From positions 1 through 37,017 of the forward strand of contig CAZRXJ010000001.1 in assembly GCA_964604025.1 (NCBI GenBank): DNA of 37,017 nucleotides. The letters are read 5' to 3'. Below, piece after piece: positions 25,265 through 34,153 of this stretch (positions are counted from its first letter, which is position 1; every line of letters begins with the position of its first letter). The notes under the pieces are model-generated. The model made no database searches. It saw nothing but the letters and a program-made list of their open reading frames with translations, and was not told the origin of the DNA. Source of the stretch: an uncultured Saprospiraceae bacterium. GTDB taxonomy: Bacteria > Bacteroidota > Bacteroidia > Chitinophagales > Saprospiraceae. The position numbers were made by a program, and so were the translations under genes.

Positions 25265-27886
25265 CTAATAGGCCATATACCTTTGCACCAATAACTCATT
25301 AGTCTCCGTCGCTTTAATCTCCTCAATCATAGTTGTCAATTGAGCTGCTGAAACTGCATCGTCTTTTTTCAATTTCGTTCTCAATTTATCCAATGTGTTT
25401 GTAGAAGTAAAGCGGTAGAACATATTCTCTTTGGAAGAGGTTGCTATCTCTTTTAGCTTTTGCGATTTATTCAAGATTGTTGTTGCGTCCAGTTTAGAAA
25501 GCAAATCATAATATGAATCATAAAAATTAAAAGCCGAGAATAAACTAACATTTGTTAATCGTTCTTCAAAGTAAGGTAGATGAGAGACATCTCCCGTACT
25601 GGATAATATACCTGATACTGCTCCAACCAACATTGAAGTTTTTTCAGCTTTCAATTTAATTGCTTCTTCAAGTGCTGCTGGTGGATCTACCATATTAAGC
25701 GTTTCAAGCGCAGCGGTTATAGTAGCGTATGACTGATCCTTAGCCATTATTTCTTTAGACAGATTTGCTATGTCTACTCCTTCTACTCCTTCCAGTTTTT
25801 TTACAGCTGCAGCTCGAACTGCAGAGTGTGCGTCTACTCTCGCCATCATGCTCAACTTGTTAATGAGATCTTGTCTGTTTCCTATATTGATAGATTCAAC
25901 TGCTTTCTTACGTAGTGTAAAATGATTGTCATCAAGAGCTGTGATTAGAATATCTTGGGCTTCTTTAGCATTCTTGATCTTGTCCAAAGCTTCTGATCTA
26001 TGGATATATGTATCTACCCATTGATATTGGCGCATATATTCTTCTTTTGTTTTAGACTCACTTTTGACCATCAATAGGTGATCATATCTGTCAAAAACTA
26101 TAAGCGCTGGTTCCTGATCCATTGGTAAAACAACTTGGTATGATCTTTCATCAACTGTAATATCATATTGAGTTTCTGCACCTGATGGATCAAAGACACT
26201 AAGGGTTACTGGTAATTCAAATATTGGAATTGCAGTTTCTGTGTTTTGAGTTTGATCGACGGATACAGTTAGTTCTTTCTCAACGTCGTTATAGTCATAA
26301 GCTAATTCTAAACTCGGATGTCCGGCAGAAAGATACCATTGGTTAAAAAACCAATGAAGGTCTAATCCTGTCACATCTTCAAATGCCATTCTAAGTTCGT
26401 CTACCTCAACAGCACTGTGTACATTATCATTGAGATATTTGTTGAGTCCCGCAAAGAAAGCATCATCACCCAATTGCTTTCTAAGCATATGTAGCACTAA
26501 TCCACCTTTGTTATAAGAGTGTCCATCAAACATCTCTTCTTTATCACCATAGCCATAATGGATAAGTGGATGAGTTCCCCCTTGCATTATTGAAGCAAGG
26601 TATCCTTGTTTTTCATTGTTTCTTTGATATCCTGCTGCATCTAGTCCATACTTGTATTCTTGCCATAGATGTTCGCTATAATTAGCAAATCCTTCTTGCA
26701 ATGTTAAATTAGCCCAACTTTCTACAGTTACCAAATCACCAAACCAATGGTGAAAGAGTTCATGAGCAACAATAAAGTCATTGTCGTTGTCAATTAGTTC
26801 GCGATCCGTCTTTTGAATAAAATCACCAAATATTACTGCCGTAGTATTTTCCATAGCCCCCGATACATAATCACGTGTTATAATCTGACTATACTTATCC
26901 CAAGGATATGGATAGTCCAACAGGTCGGAGAAGTATCTAATCATCTCAGGCGTATGTGCAAATATTTGTTTTGCATATGCTTCATACTCCGGTTCTACAT
27001 AATATTCTAAAAGAAGACCATCTACTTCTTCTTTAACAACTGCAAATTCTCCAACCGCTATCATCACCAAATATGGTGCGTGGGGCTTATCCATTTTCCA
27101 AGTATCAGTTCTCGTTCCACTAGTGGCATTAGAACGAGAAGAGATCTTTGTCCCGTTAGAAAGTGTAACAAAAGACTCTTCAACTGTGATGCTTATCTCA
27201 TGAGTAATTTGCTCGTTTGGTTTGTCTATTGTTGGAAACCATTTAGAATTATGTTCTGTCTCACCTTGTGTCCAGATCTGCCTGGGTTTGTTGGCCTCTT
27301 CCCCTCTAGGATTTATAAAGAACAATCCTTGATCGCTCGTTATAGCTGTACTTCCTCCAGCTGGTATAGCGGATGGTTGTGCTACATAATCTATAGTGAT
27401 AGTGATCTCATCGTCGCGATTATAAATTTTATCAAACTCTATTGCCAGCTTCATCCCATCATATTCATACTTTAGTGTTTTTCCAGATACATCTGCAACA
27501 TCATAGATTTCAAACCCTTTAGCATCTAGCGTTAGTATATTTTGATTGTAGAAGTATGGTTTTACTTTCAAATCTGCCCTCCCAAAAACTTTCTCATTTG
27601 TCCAATCAAATCTAACATCAAGGTTCATATGGATTATATCCCAATCCCTATCTGCTGCTGCATTGTAAACAGGAAGTTTATAATCTCTTGGTGCTGTAAC
27701 AACAAGTTCGTCAAGTGTTCTTTCTTCAGTGTATTCTTCATCAACACCAGCGTCATACATTTCTTCTTCTTGTACACTTTCTTCAACCACTTCAATTGGT
27801 TCTTTTTTAGAATCAATCATTTGTTTTTGTGTGCTACAGGCTACTGTACATGCGATGGTAACCAAGCAAATAATATTCTTCATCAT
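25265..27886 (-). CDS. M1-family zinc aminopeptidase (aminopeptidase N-like) lipoprotein with C-terminal helical-repeat domain
   Basis: Lipobox TVAC. Exopeptidase motif SGAMENTTA (GAMEN). Zinc site HELFHHWFGDLVTVESWANLTLQEGFANY (HExxH-x18-E). Long alpha-helical C-terminal region. Confidence 0.9.
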   Translation of the reverse strand: MMKNIICLVTIACTVACSTQKQMIDSKKEPIEVVEESVQEEEMYDAGVDEEYTEERTLDELVVTAPRDYKLPVYNAAADRDWDIIHMNLDVRFDWTNEKVFGRADLKVKPYFYNQNILTLDAKGFEIYDVADVSGKTLKYEYDGMKLAIEFDKIYNRDDEITITIDYVAQPSAIPAGGSTAITSDQGLFFINPRGEEANKPRQIWTQGETEHNSKWFPTIDKPNEQITHEISITVEESFVTLSNGTKISSRSNATSGTRTDTWKMDKPHAPYLVMIAVGEFAVVKEEVDGLLLEYYVEPEYEAYAKQIFAHTPEMIRYFSDLLDYPYPWDKYSQIITRDYVSGAMENTTAVIFGDFIQKTDRELIDNDNDFIVAHELFHHWFGDLVTVESWANLTLQEGFANYSEHLWQEYKYGLDAAGYQRNNEKQGYLASIMQGGTHPLIHYGYGDKEEMFDGHSYNKGGLVLHMLRKQLGDDAFFAGLNKYLNDNVHSAVEVDELRMAFEDVTGLDLHWFFNQWYLSAGHPSLELAYDYNDVEKELTVSVDQTQNTETAIPIFELPVTLSVFDPSGAETQYDITVDERSYQVVLPMDQEPALIVFDRYDHLLMVKSESKTKEEYMRQYQWVDTYIHRSEALDKIKNAKEAQDILITALDDNHFTLRKKAVESINIGNRQDLINKLSMMARVDAHSAVRAAAVKKLEGVEGVDIANLSKEIMAKDQSYATITAALETLNMVDPPAALEEAIKLKAEKTSMLVGAVSGILSSTGDVSHLPYFEERLTNVSLFSAFNFYDSYYDLLSKLDATTILNKSQKLKEIATSSKENMFYRFTSTNTLDKLRTKLKKDDAVSAAQLTTMIEEIKATETNELLVQRYMAY

Positions 27887-27891
27887 ACTAA

Positions 27892-28338
27892 TTAGGATAA
27901 TAATTGTTTTACAATAGAGGCGAGTGTTTTTCCATCAGCTTTGCCTGCAACTTTTTGAGATGCCATACCCATCACCTTACCCATATCTTTCATTCCTTCT
28001 GCACCAGTTTGGGATATTATGTCTTTTATGATAGTTGTGAGTTCGTCGCTGCTCATCTGCTCAGGCAAGAATTTTTGAATCACAGAGATTTCTTCTTCTT
28101 CTACTATTGCCAGATCTTGTCTCCCCTGTTTCCTAAATATATCAAGTGAGTCCTGTCTTTGTTTAACAAGCCGCTGCAATAACTTAATCTCTCCAGCTTG
28201 GTCGAGCTCTTTGCCACTACCATCTGTTTTAGTTAATACGATGGCTGCTTTAATAGCCCTTATACCTCTTAGTGCTGCTTGATCTTTACTTTTCATCGCA
28301 GCTTTTAGATCTGCCATGACTCTTTGTTCTAAACTCAT
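27892..28338 (-). CDS. yqeY: GatB/YqeY domain-containing protein
   Basis: A 148-aa protein with LEQRVMADLKAAMKSKDQAALRGIRAIKAAI and C-terminal GKADGKTLASIVKQLL, typical of the YqeY family. It lies 3 nt after rsmA and 5 nt before the aminopeptidase gene. Confidence 0.85.
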   Translation of the reverse strand: MSLEQRVMADLKAAMKSKDQAALRGIRAIKAAIVLTKTDGSGKELDQAGEIKLLQRLVKQRQDSLDIFRKQGRQDLAIVEEEEISVIQKFLPEQMSSDELTTIIKDIISQTGAEGMKDMGKVMGMASQKVAGKADGKTLASIVKQLLS

Positions 28339-28341
28339 CTT

Positions 28342-29112
28342 TTATTGATTATCAATTGTATTAGTTAATTCTATAAAATCTTCAAGTGATAAATGTTCTG
28401 GTCTCTTAGTCATTACATCCAAATTGTAAAGTGCTTCATCCTTTATGTGTGGTTTAAGGGTGTTGCGAAGCATTTTTCTTCTTTGGTTAAAAGATCCTTT
28501 TACAATAGTTTTAAAAAGACTTACATCACATGGGATATTATAATCCTTTTTCCTTTCTAAAAGCAGTATAGCGCTGGTGACTTTAGGTGCAGGAAAAAAA
28601 GAACCAGGGCTTACTTTAAATAATACCTTGGTATGAAAACTAGCTTGTAAAAGAACACTGGTAACACCATATACTTTAGATCCAGGTTCTGAAGCAATAC
28701 GTTCTGCTACCTCTTTCTGAAACATACCAATAACTAACGGAACAATATCTTTATACTTGTCTATTCGAAAAAGAATCTGACTGGATATGTTGTAAGGGAA
28801 GTTGCCAATTACATTGTATTGAGCTCCATTGTATACCTTCTCCAGCGGTAGCTGCAAAAAATCTTGCTGTATCAACTGGTGTTGATCCAGATCATAATGT
28901 TGTTGTAGATGATGAACCATATCCCAATCAGCCTCTACCGCCTTGAAGTTAATATCTTCTTGTTTCAGAAAGTATTTGGTTAGTGCACCTTTTCCAGGGC
29001 CCACTTCGAGGATGTTGTTTCCATGTCTTCTGGCCATCATCTCATCGACGATGCGTTGGCTTATAGTCTCGTTAATCAGAAAATTTTGCCCGAAGGACTT
29101 CTTAGGCCTCAA
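28342..29112 (-). CDS. rsmA: 16S rRNA (adenine1518/1519-N6)-dimethyltransferase
   Basis: KKSFGQNFLINETI, SAM-binding ILEVGPGKGALT, catalytic GNFPYNISS. TTG start at 29112, with an in-frame TAA two codons upstream. Confidence 0.93.
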   Translation of the reverse strand: MRPKKSFGQNFLINETISQRIVDEMMARRHGNNILEVGPGKGALTKYFLKQEDINFKAVEADWDMVHHLQQHYDLDQHQLIQQDFLQLPLEKVYNGAQYNVIGNFPYNISSQILFRIDKYKDIVPLVIGMFQKEVAERIASEPGSKVYGVTSVLLQASFHTKVLFKVSPGSFFPAPKVTSAILLLERKKDYNIPCDVSLFKTIVKGSFNQRRKMLRNTLKPHIKDEALYNLDVMTKRPEHLSLEDFIELTNTIDNQ

Positions 29113-29124
29113 AACTTATGAATT

Positions 29125-29147
29125 AGGGTGCAAAAATCACCCTTTTT
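29125..29147 (+). promoter_or_regulatory. GC-rich hairpin followed by T5 in the divergent rsmA/pdxA intergenic region (terminator-like on the + strand; function unknown)
   Basis: AGGGTG-caaaaat-CACCCT followed by TTTTATGTT. No + strand gene lies upstream. On the minus strand the loop region reads GATTTTTG, a near match to a -7 box for rsmA. Confidence 0.25.
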
Positions 29148-29253
29148 ATGTTAGCATAAAAGCGAGAATGATGATTTGGCTTTCTACGGCCAACTTTCTG
29201 GGCACATCAACTATTATAGTAATAGTATATTCGTGGTTTATAAATAGTGGGAT

Positions 29254-30315
29254 ATGAGTAAAGTGAAACTTGGTTTGTCGATTGGTGATATTAATGGTAT
29301 TGGTCCAGAAGTATTGATAAAAGCCTTGAGTAATGACATGTTGTTCAATGAATGTATTCCTATTATCTATGGCTCTTCTAAAGTTTTAGGTTATCACAAA
29401 AACATTGTTAAAGATCCTAATTTTCATTTTAGCAATATCAATAGAACAGATAGAGCATCTTCTGGAAAAGTGAGCTTGATCAACTGCTGGCAAGACAATG
29501 TAACTATTACGCTTGGAGAAGCAACCGAAGACGGAGGAAAGTGTGCATACATAGCCTTAGACAGAGCTGTTGATGATCTAAATAAAGGATTTATAGATGC
29601 CTTAGTTACAGCGCCTATCAACAAACATGCTATGAAGATGGCCAACTTCCCTCATATCGGTCATACAGAGTTTGTTGCAGACCAATCAAAAATGCTGGGC
29701 AAAGAGCTAATGATGCTGATATCAGATCAACTTAAGGTGGCTGTTCTGAGTAGTCATATACCTATTAGCATGGCAGCAAAAAAAGTTACAAAAGACAAGA
29801 TTATAGAGTGTATCAAAGTACTAAATGATACTTTGAGGCAGGACTTTGGCAAAGACAAGCCGACTATCGCTGTGATGGGCTTAAACCCACACGCTGGTGA
29901 GAATGGGGCCATAGGTAGCGAAGAAGTAGAGATCATCAGCCCTGCAATATTAGAATTAAAGAAAAAAGGAATCTTAGTAAGTGGACCATATTCTGCAGAT
30001 GGCTTTTTTGGTAACTCAACTTATAAGAAGTTTGATGCTGTTCTGGCTATGTACCACGATCAAGGCCTTATACCTTTTAAGTCTTTGTCTTTTGGTTCTG
30101 GAGTTAATTTTACTGCTGGGCTACCAGTCATAAGAACATCTCCAGATCATGGAACTGGCTATGAGATCGCTGGCCAAAATATAGCTGATCCATCATCTAT
30201 GAGACAAGCTATATACGCGGCCATTGATATAAGTCGATCGCGTTCAGACCATAACGACATGCATCAAAGTAAAGTGGAAAAGGTAGAGATAGAAAGTGCA
30301 GGAGAGATCGTTTAA
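29254..30315 (+). CDS. pdxA: 4-hydroxythreonine-4-phosphate dehydrogenase
   Basis: GDINGIGPEV, TAPINK, GLNPHAGENG, YHDQGLIPFK, TSPDHGTGYEIAG are all conserved PdxA segments. Confidence 0.93.
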   Translation: MSKVKLGLSIGDINGIGPEVLIKALSNDMLFNECIPIIYGSSKVLGYHKNIVKDPNFHFSNINRTDRASSGKVSLINCWQDNVTITLGEATEDGGKCAYIALDRAVDDLNKGFIDALVTAPINKHAMKMANFPHIGHTEFVADQSKMLGKELMMLISDQLKVAVLSSHIPISMAAKKVTKDKIIECIKVLNDTLRQDFGKDKPTIAVMGLNPHAGENGAIGSEEVEIISPAILELKKKGILVSGPYSADGFFGNSTYKKFDAVLAMYHDQGLIPFKSLSFGSGVNFTAGLPVIRTSPDHGTGYEIAGQNIADPSSMRQAIYAAIDISRSRSDHNDMHQSKVEKVEIESAGEIV

Positions 30316-30328
30316 AAATCAATATTAT

Positions 30329-30346
30329 ATTTCACTTAAGTGAAAT
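30329..30346. promoter_or_regulatory. Perfect 18-bp palindrome ATTTCACTTAAGTGAAAT
   Basis: Read directly. The 9-bp arms have no spacer. The element lies 14 nt after the pdxA stop and 27 nt before the GTG start of the downstream membrane-protein gene. It could be a dimeric-regulator operator or a short hairpin, and no T-tract follows it. Confidence 0.3.
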
Positions 30347-30372
30347 GTTCTAAGTATATGTAAGTTTTTCAA

Positions 30373-31374
30373 GTGATAAACATCTTCAAAAAAAACGATG
30401 TAGTTAACATCTTCTTGTTGCTACCTTATACCATCATACTCAGGCTATATAGTCTTATTCATCCAACTGCTTATCAGGTTACCGAGCTAGATCCGATATG
30501 GTTGGGGTGGTTTTTTGATCTTGTAAATAGTCCAATAATTCAATCAGTTATTGCTATTCTTTTGATTTTTGCCCAAGCAGTAGTTATAAATTTGCTTGGC
30601 AATAGACATCATATATTTAGAATGCCGAGTGCACTTGGCGGCATGTTTTACATCATTATGATTAGTGCGATACCAGAACTTCAGGTATTATCGCCAGCTT
30701 TAATTGGAGTGTCTTTTCTTTTGGCTTCGATATACAATGTGTTTAATACTTACAAACAGACGATTGCTGCTTCTAGTATTTTCAATGCTGCTCTCTTTTC
30801 AGCTATAGCTGCCATCATCTATCCTCCTTTTGTTATAGCTATGATATCCATTTTCATTGGGCTGTCGATGATGCGTAATTTTAAAGCAGTAGAAAGGATA
30901 CAATTTGTAATTGGTTTTGGGGTGATGATATGGATTGTTGGTGTTTTGTTTTTTTATTATGACCTTTTTGACAGTAGCACATTCTTTGATAATATAGTAC
31001 CTCTTGGACTAATATCAGAAATAGATTTCAAGGACTCCAAAACCTTATGGGTTGCTGGAGTATCTTCTTTCTTGATCTTACTTTCTTTTGGAAATTACTA
31101 CAGTTATGTCAAAAAGAAAGGAATAGATGTAAGGAAGAAAATTGGCTTCTTTTATTGGTTATTGGTTAGTGCCTTGTTGGCTCTATTGATCTTTAAGTTT
31201 ATAGATTATCAGCACTTCTACTATCTGGCTTTGTCTCTTGCGTTATTTGTATCAATGGCAGTACTACTGATCAAGAATACTGCGCTTTCAGAGTTGATAC
31301 ATTTGTTTTTATTGGGTGGTATCTATTATTATCAGTTTGGTTCACCATCAGATCTTTTCTCTCTAGGGTTTTAA
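30373..31374 (+). CDS. Polytopic integral membrane protein of unknown function (333 aa)
   Basis: About 9-10 hydrophobic helices and no motif I recognise. GTG start (no in-frame ATG for about 90 codons). It is followed by a terminator. Confidence 0.6.
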   Translation: MINIFKKNDVVNIFLLLPYTIILRLYSLIHPTAYQVTELDPIWLGWFFDLVNSPIIQSVIAILLIFAQAVVINLLGNRHHIFRMPSALGGMFYIIMISAIPELQVLSPALIGVSFLLASIYNVFNTYKQTIAASSIFNAALFSAIAAIIYPPFVIAMISIFIGLSMMRNFKAVERIQFVIGFGVMIWIVGVLFFYYDLFDSSTFFDNIVPLGLISEIDFKDSKTLWVAGVSSFLILLSFGNYYSYVKKKGIDVRKKIGFFYWLLVSALLALLIFKFIDYQHFYYLALSLALFVSMAVLLIKNTALSELIHLFLLGGIYYYQFGSPSDLFSLGF

Positions 31375-31379
31375 GGACT

Positions 31380-31415
31380 CTTTAACACCAAAATTCTTGG
31401 ATTAAAGATTTTTTT
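31380..31415 (+). terminator. Rho-independent terminator
   Basis: CTTTAA-ca-CCAA-aattc-TTGG-a-TTAAAG gives 6-bp and 4-bp stems, then A + T7 (31409-31415), 6 nt after the stop at 31374. The stem is AT-rich. Confidence 0.5.
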
Positions 31416-31521
31416 AACTCGTATGGACTAATTATATCTCTATCTTTGGATATCTCGTTATAGTGAAACAATCCTTCCTGAGTTGTTTTTTATCACTTTC
31501 AAGCCTAACTAGGAAAATCAG

Positions 31522-34149
31522 ATGAGACTTTTTACATTTATATTTTTGCTGCTCCCCTTGTGTTCTCTCGCACAAGAATATAGTCCAGTAAGTTGGACAT
31601 TTGACGTAAGTGAAGTTAGTGACCAGGAGTACGAACTCGTCTTTAGAGCTGAGATTGAAAAAGGATGGACCGTTTATTCTCAGTATATCGATGACGGAGG
31701 GCCAGTTCCGACATCAATAACATATGAGACAGAAGGTCTTGAAAAGTTAGGTGAGAGTACTGAAGAGGGTTATAAAAAGGAAGGAATGGATGACATTTTC
31801 GAAATGAATGTTATCAAATTCTTTCATACAGAACCCTACATCATTAAGCAAAGAATCAAGAAGGGTACCTTGACAAAAGTGTCTGGATATTTAACATTTA
31901 TGTGTTGTGATGATGAGAGATGTTTGCCTCCAACGGATATAGACTTTTCTATAGATCTTGCATCATCTCAGACCAAAACCCCAAAAAATGGCGATAGAGC
32001 AAGTGTGGCGCCTGAAATTAAGCCACAAGAAAATTCTCCTCTTGGTGCAGTAAGTAAGTCTAAAGAGTTGATAGTATCTGTGGATGATAAAGACACAGAT
32101 GAAAATGCACGAGCTGAAGATCGAGAAGATCTCCAGAGTACTATCTCTTGGGCCAAAGCTTCCGACGAAGGGACGCCAGTTCAGTGGCAATTCGGAATAA
32201 AAAAACTGAAAGAGAATTCTTATAAATTATTCTATCAAGCTAACATTGACAAAAACTGGACGGTCTATTCTCAATTCGTAGGTGAAGGAGGTCCTGTTGC
32301 AACTGAGGTTGTTTATGAGCAAAAAGATGGTGTTGAGTTTGTTGGTGACAGTCGAGAATCTGGAGCGCGAAAAGAAGGGTTAGATCCCATCTTTGAGATC
32401 AATGTGATCAAGTTCTTAGATAAAGAGCCATATACAATAGAGCAATCTATAGATGTGACATCAGGCTCTTCTGAATTAACTGGATATCTGACATATATGG
32501 CCTGCGATGATACTCAGTGCTTGCCACCTACAGATGTTCCTTTTTCTTTTGATGTTCAAAAAGGACTCGCAATTAATCTTAATTCACTGGGTGTTGATAA
32601 TTCTGCATCTGATGAATCTCTTGCAATTGTGGGTAATATTATAGATCAGACAAGACCCAAGTTAAGAGAAACCCATGCAAGCCCACTTGCTAATTGTGGT
32701 GGAGACGATACGGCCAACTCAAGCATGTGGTGGATGTTTTTATTTGGATTTTTAGGAGGTCTTTTTGCATTGTTGACGCCCTGTGTGTTCCCTATAATTC
32801 CAATGACAGTCAGTTTCTTTACCAAGGATACAAAACGCAAAGGTTGGGTCAGCGGACTTATATACGGAGCATCGATCGTTGTGATATATGTAACTATTGG
32901 CTTGCTAATTACAGCGCTATTTGGAGAAGAAGCACTCAATAGCCTTTCTACTAATTGGATCGCAAACACATTGTTCTTTTTGATTTTTGTGTTTTTTGCC
33001 TTTTCATTTTTCGGATTTTATGAGTTAACACTTCCCAGTTCATGGTCAACTAATTCGGATAAAATGGCTGACAAAGGAGGCCTCTTAGGCATCTTCTTTA
33101 TGGCTTTCACATTAGCATTGGTTTCTTTTTCTTGTACCGGCCCCATAATAGGTGCCGCGCTAGTGGAGTCTGCTTCTAATCAAGTCGGACCATTTATAGT
33201 GATGCTTGGATTTTCTCTTGGCCTCGCTATTCCTTTTGGTTTATTTGCTGCTTTTCCTGCTTGGCTCAATAGCTTGCCTCAATCAGGAGGGTGGATGAAC
33301 TCTGTGAAAGTTGTACTTGGTTTTATAGAACTTGCTCTTGCATTCAAATTTTTGACTGTTGCAGATCTAACAAGCCATTGGGGGCTTTTGAAGTATGAAG
33401 TATTTATAGGTATTTGGATCCTTATTGCATTAGCAATGGCCGCTTATGGTATGGCTTGGATAAGGTTTCCACATGATAGTCCTGTTAAAAAAAGAAGTAC
33501 AAGAAGATGGGTCTTCTCGATAGCATCTCTTTTATTTGCTTGCTACCTAGCCACTGGGTTCATCTATAATGATGAAATCAAAAGTTATAATCCGCTAGGA
33601 TTGATGAGCGGCATTGCTCCTCCTGTAAGTTATAATTTGTTTTTAGACGATCCCGCCCAAGACCTAAACGCAGATATAAAATCCAGATATCCTTCATATG
33701 GAAAGTGCGCAAACAACATAGATTGTTTCAAAGACTATTTTGATGGACTTGCCTATGCTAAAGAAGTTGGCAAACCTATCTTTCTTGATCATACGGGCCA
33801 CGGGTGTGTTAACTGTCGGAGGACTGAAGACAACATATGGTCTGATGAAAGAATTAGAAAAATGCTTAATGAAGACTTTGTTTTGGTTTCTCTTTATGTC
33901 GATGATAGAGAAAAACTCCAAGAAGTACTAATCTCACAATCGCGCCAAAAGAAACTCCGTACGGTGGGCAATAAGTGGGCTGATTTTCAGATAGTCAATT
34001 TTGATCAAATCTCCCAACCCCTATATGTTATGGTGACTCCTCAAGAAGAAGTCGTCTCAAATCCAAGAGAGTATAAAGAAGGAATAGAAGATTATTACAA
34101 TTATCTCGATTGTGGTTTGCAGACATTCAAGTCTATTTCTATGCGATAG
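31522..34149 (+). CDS. dsbD: DsbD-family protein-disulfide reductase (two N-terminal DsbD-alpha-like domains, CcdA/DsbD membrane core, C-terminal thioredoxin domain)
   Basis: Signal peptide. Two homologous N-terminal modules ending in MCCDDERCLPPTD and MACDDTQCLPPTD. Membrane core with LLTPCVFPIIPM and SFSCTGPIIGA. C-terminal thioredoxin fold with HTGHGCVNCRR (CxxC). Confidence 0.85.
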   Translation: MRLFTFIFLLLPLCSLAQEYSPVSWTFDVSEVSDQEYELVFRAEIEKGWTVYSQYIDDGGPVPTSITYETEGLEKLGESTEEGYKKEGMDDIFEMNVIKFFHTEPYIIKQRIKKGTLTKVSGYLTFMCCDDERCLPPTDIDFSIDLASSQTKTPKNGDRASVAPEIKPQENSPLGAVSKSKELIVSVDDKDTDENARAEDREDLQSTISWAKASDEGTPVQWQFGIKKLKENSYKLFYQANIDKNWTVYSQFVGEGGPVATEVVYEQKDGVEFVGDSRESGARKEGLDPIFEINVIKFLDKEPYTIEQSIDVTSGSSELTGYLTYMACDDTQCLPPTDVPFSFDVQKGLAINLNSLGVDNSASDESLAIVGNIIDQTRPKLRETHASPLANCGGDDTANSSMWWMFLFGFLGGLFALLTPCVFPIIPMTVSFFTKDTKRKGWVSGLIYGASIVVIYVTIGLLITALFGEEALNSLSTNWIANTLFFLIFVFFAFSFFGFYELTLPSSWSTNSDKMADKGGLLGIFFMAFTLALVSFSCTGPIIGAALVESASNQVGPFIVMLGFSLGLAIPFGLFAAFPAWLNSLPQSGGWMNSVKVVLGFIELALAFKFLTVADLTSHWGLLKYEVFIGIWILIALAMAAYGMAWIRFPHDSPVKKRSTRRWVFSIASLLFACYLATGFIYNDEIKSYNPLGLMSGIAPPVSYNLFLDDPAQDLNADIKSRYPSYGKCANNIDCFKDYFDGLAYAKEVGKPIFLDHTGHGCVNCRRTEDNIWSDERIRKMLNEDFVLVSLYVDDREKLQEVLISQSRQKKLRTVGNKWADFQIVNFDQISQPLYVMVTPQEEVVSNPREYKEGIEDYYNYLDCGLQTFKSISMR

Positions 34150-34153
34150 CTAG

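Noticed and set aside
28943-29257. A + strand 104-aa ORF spanning the rsmA 5' end and the rsmA/pdxA spacer
   Set aside because: Two thirds of it is antisense to the conserved SAM-binding region of rsmA. The rest runs through promoter DNA and ends at the pdxA start. It has no motifs.
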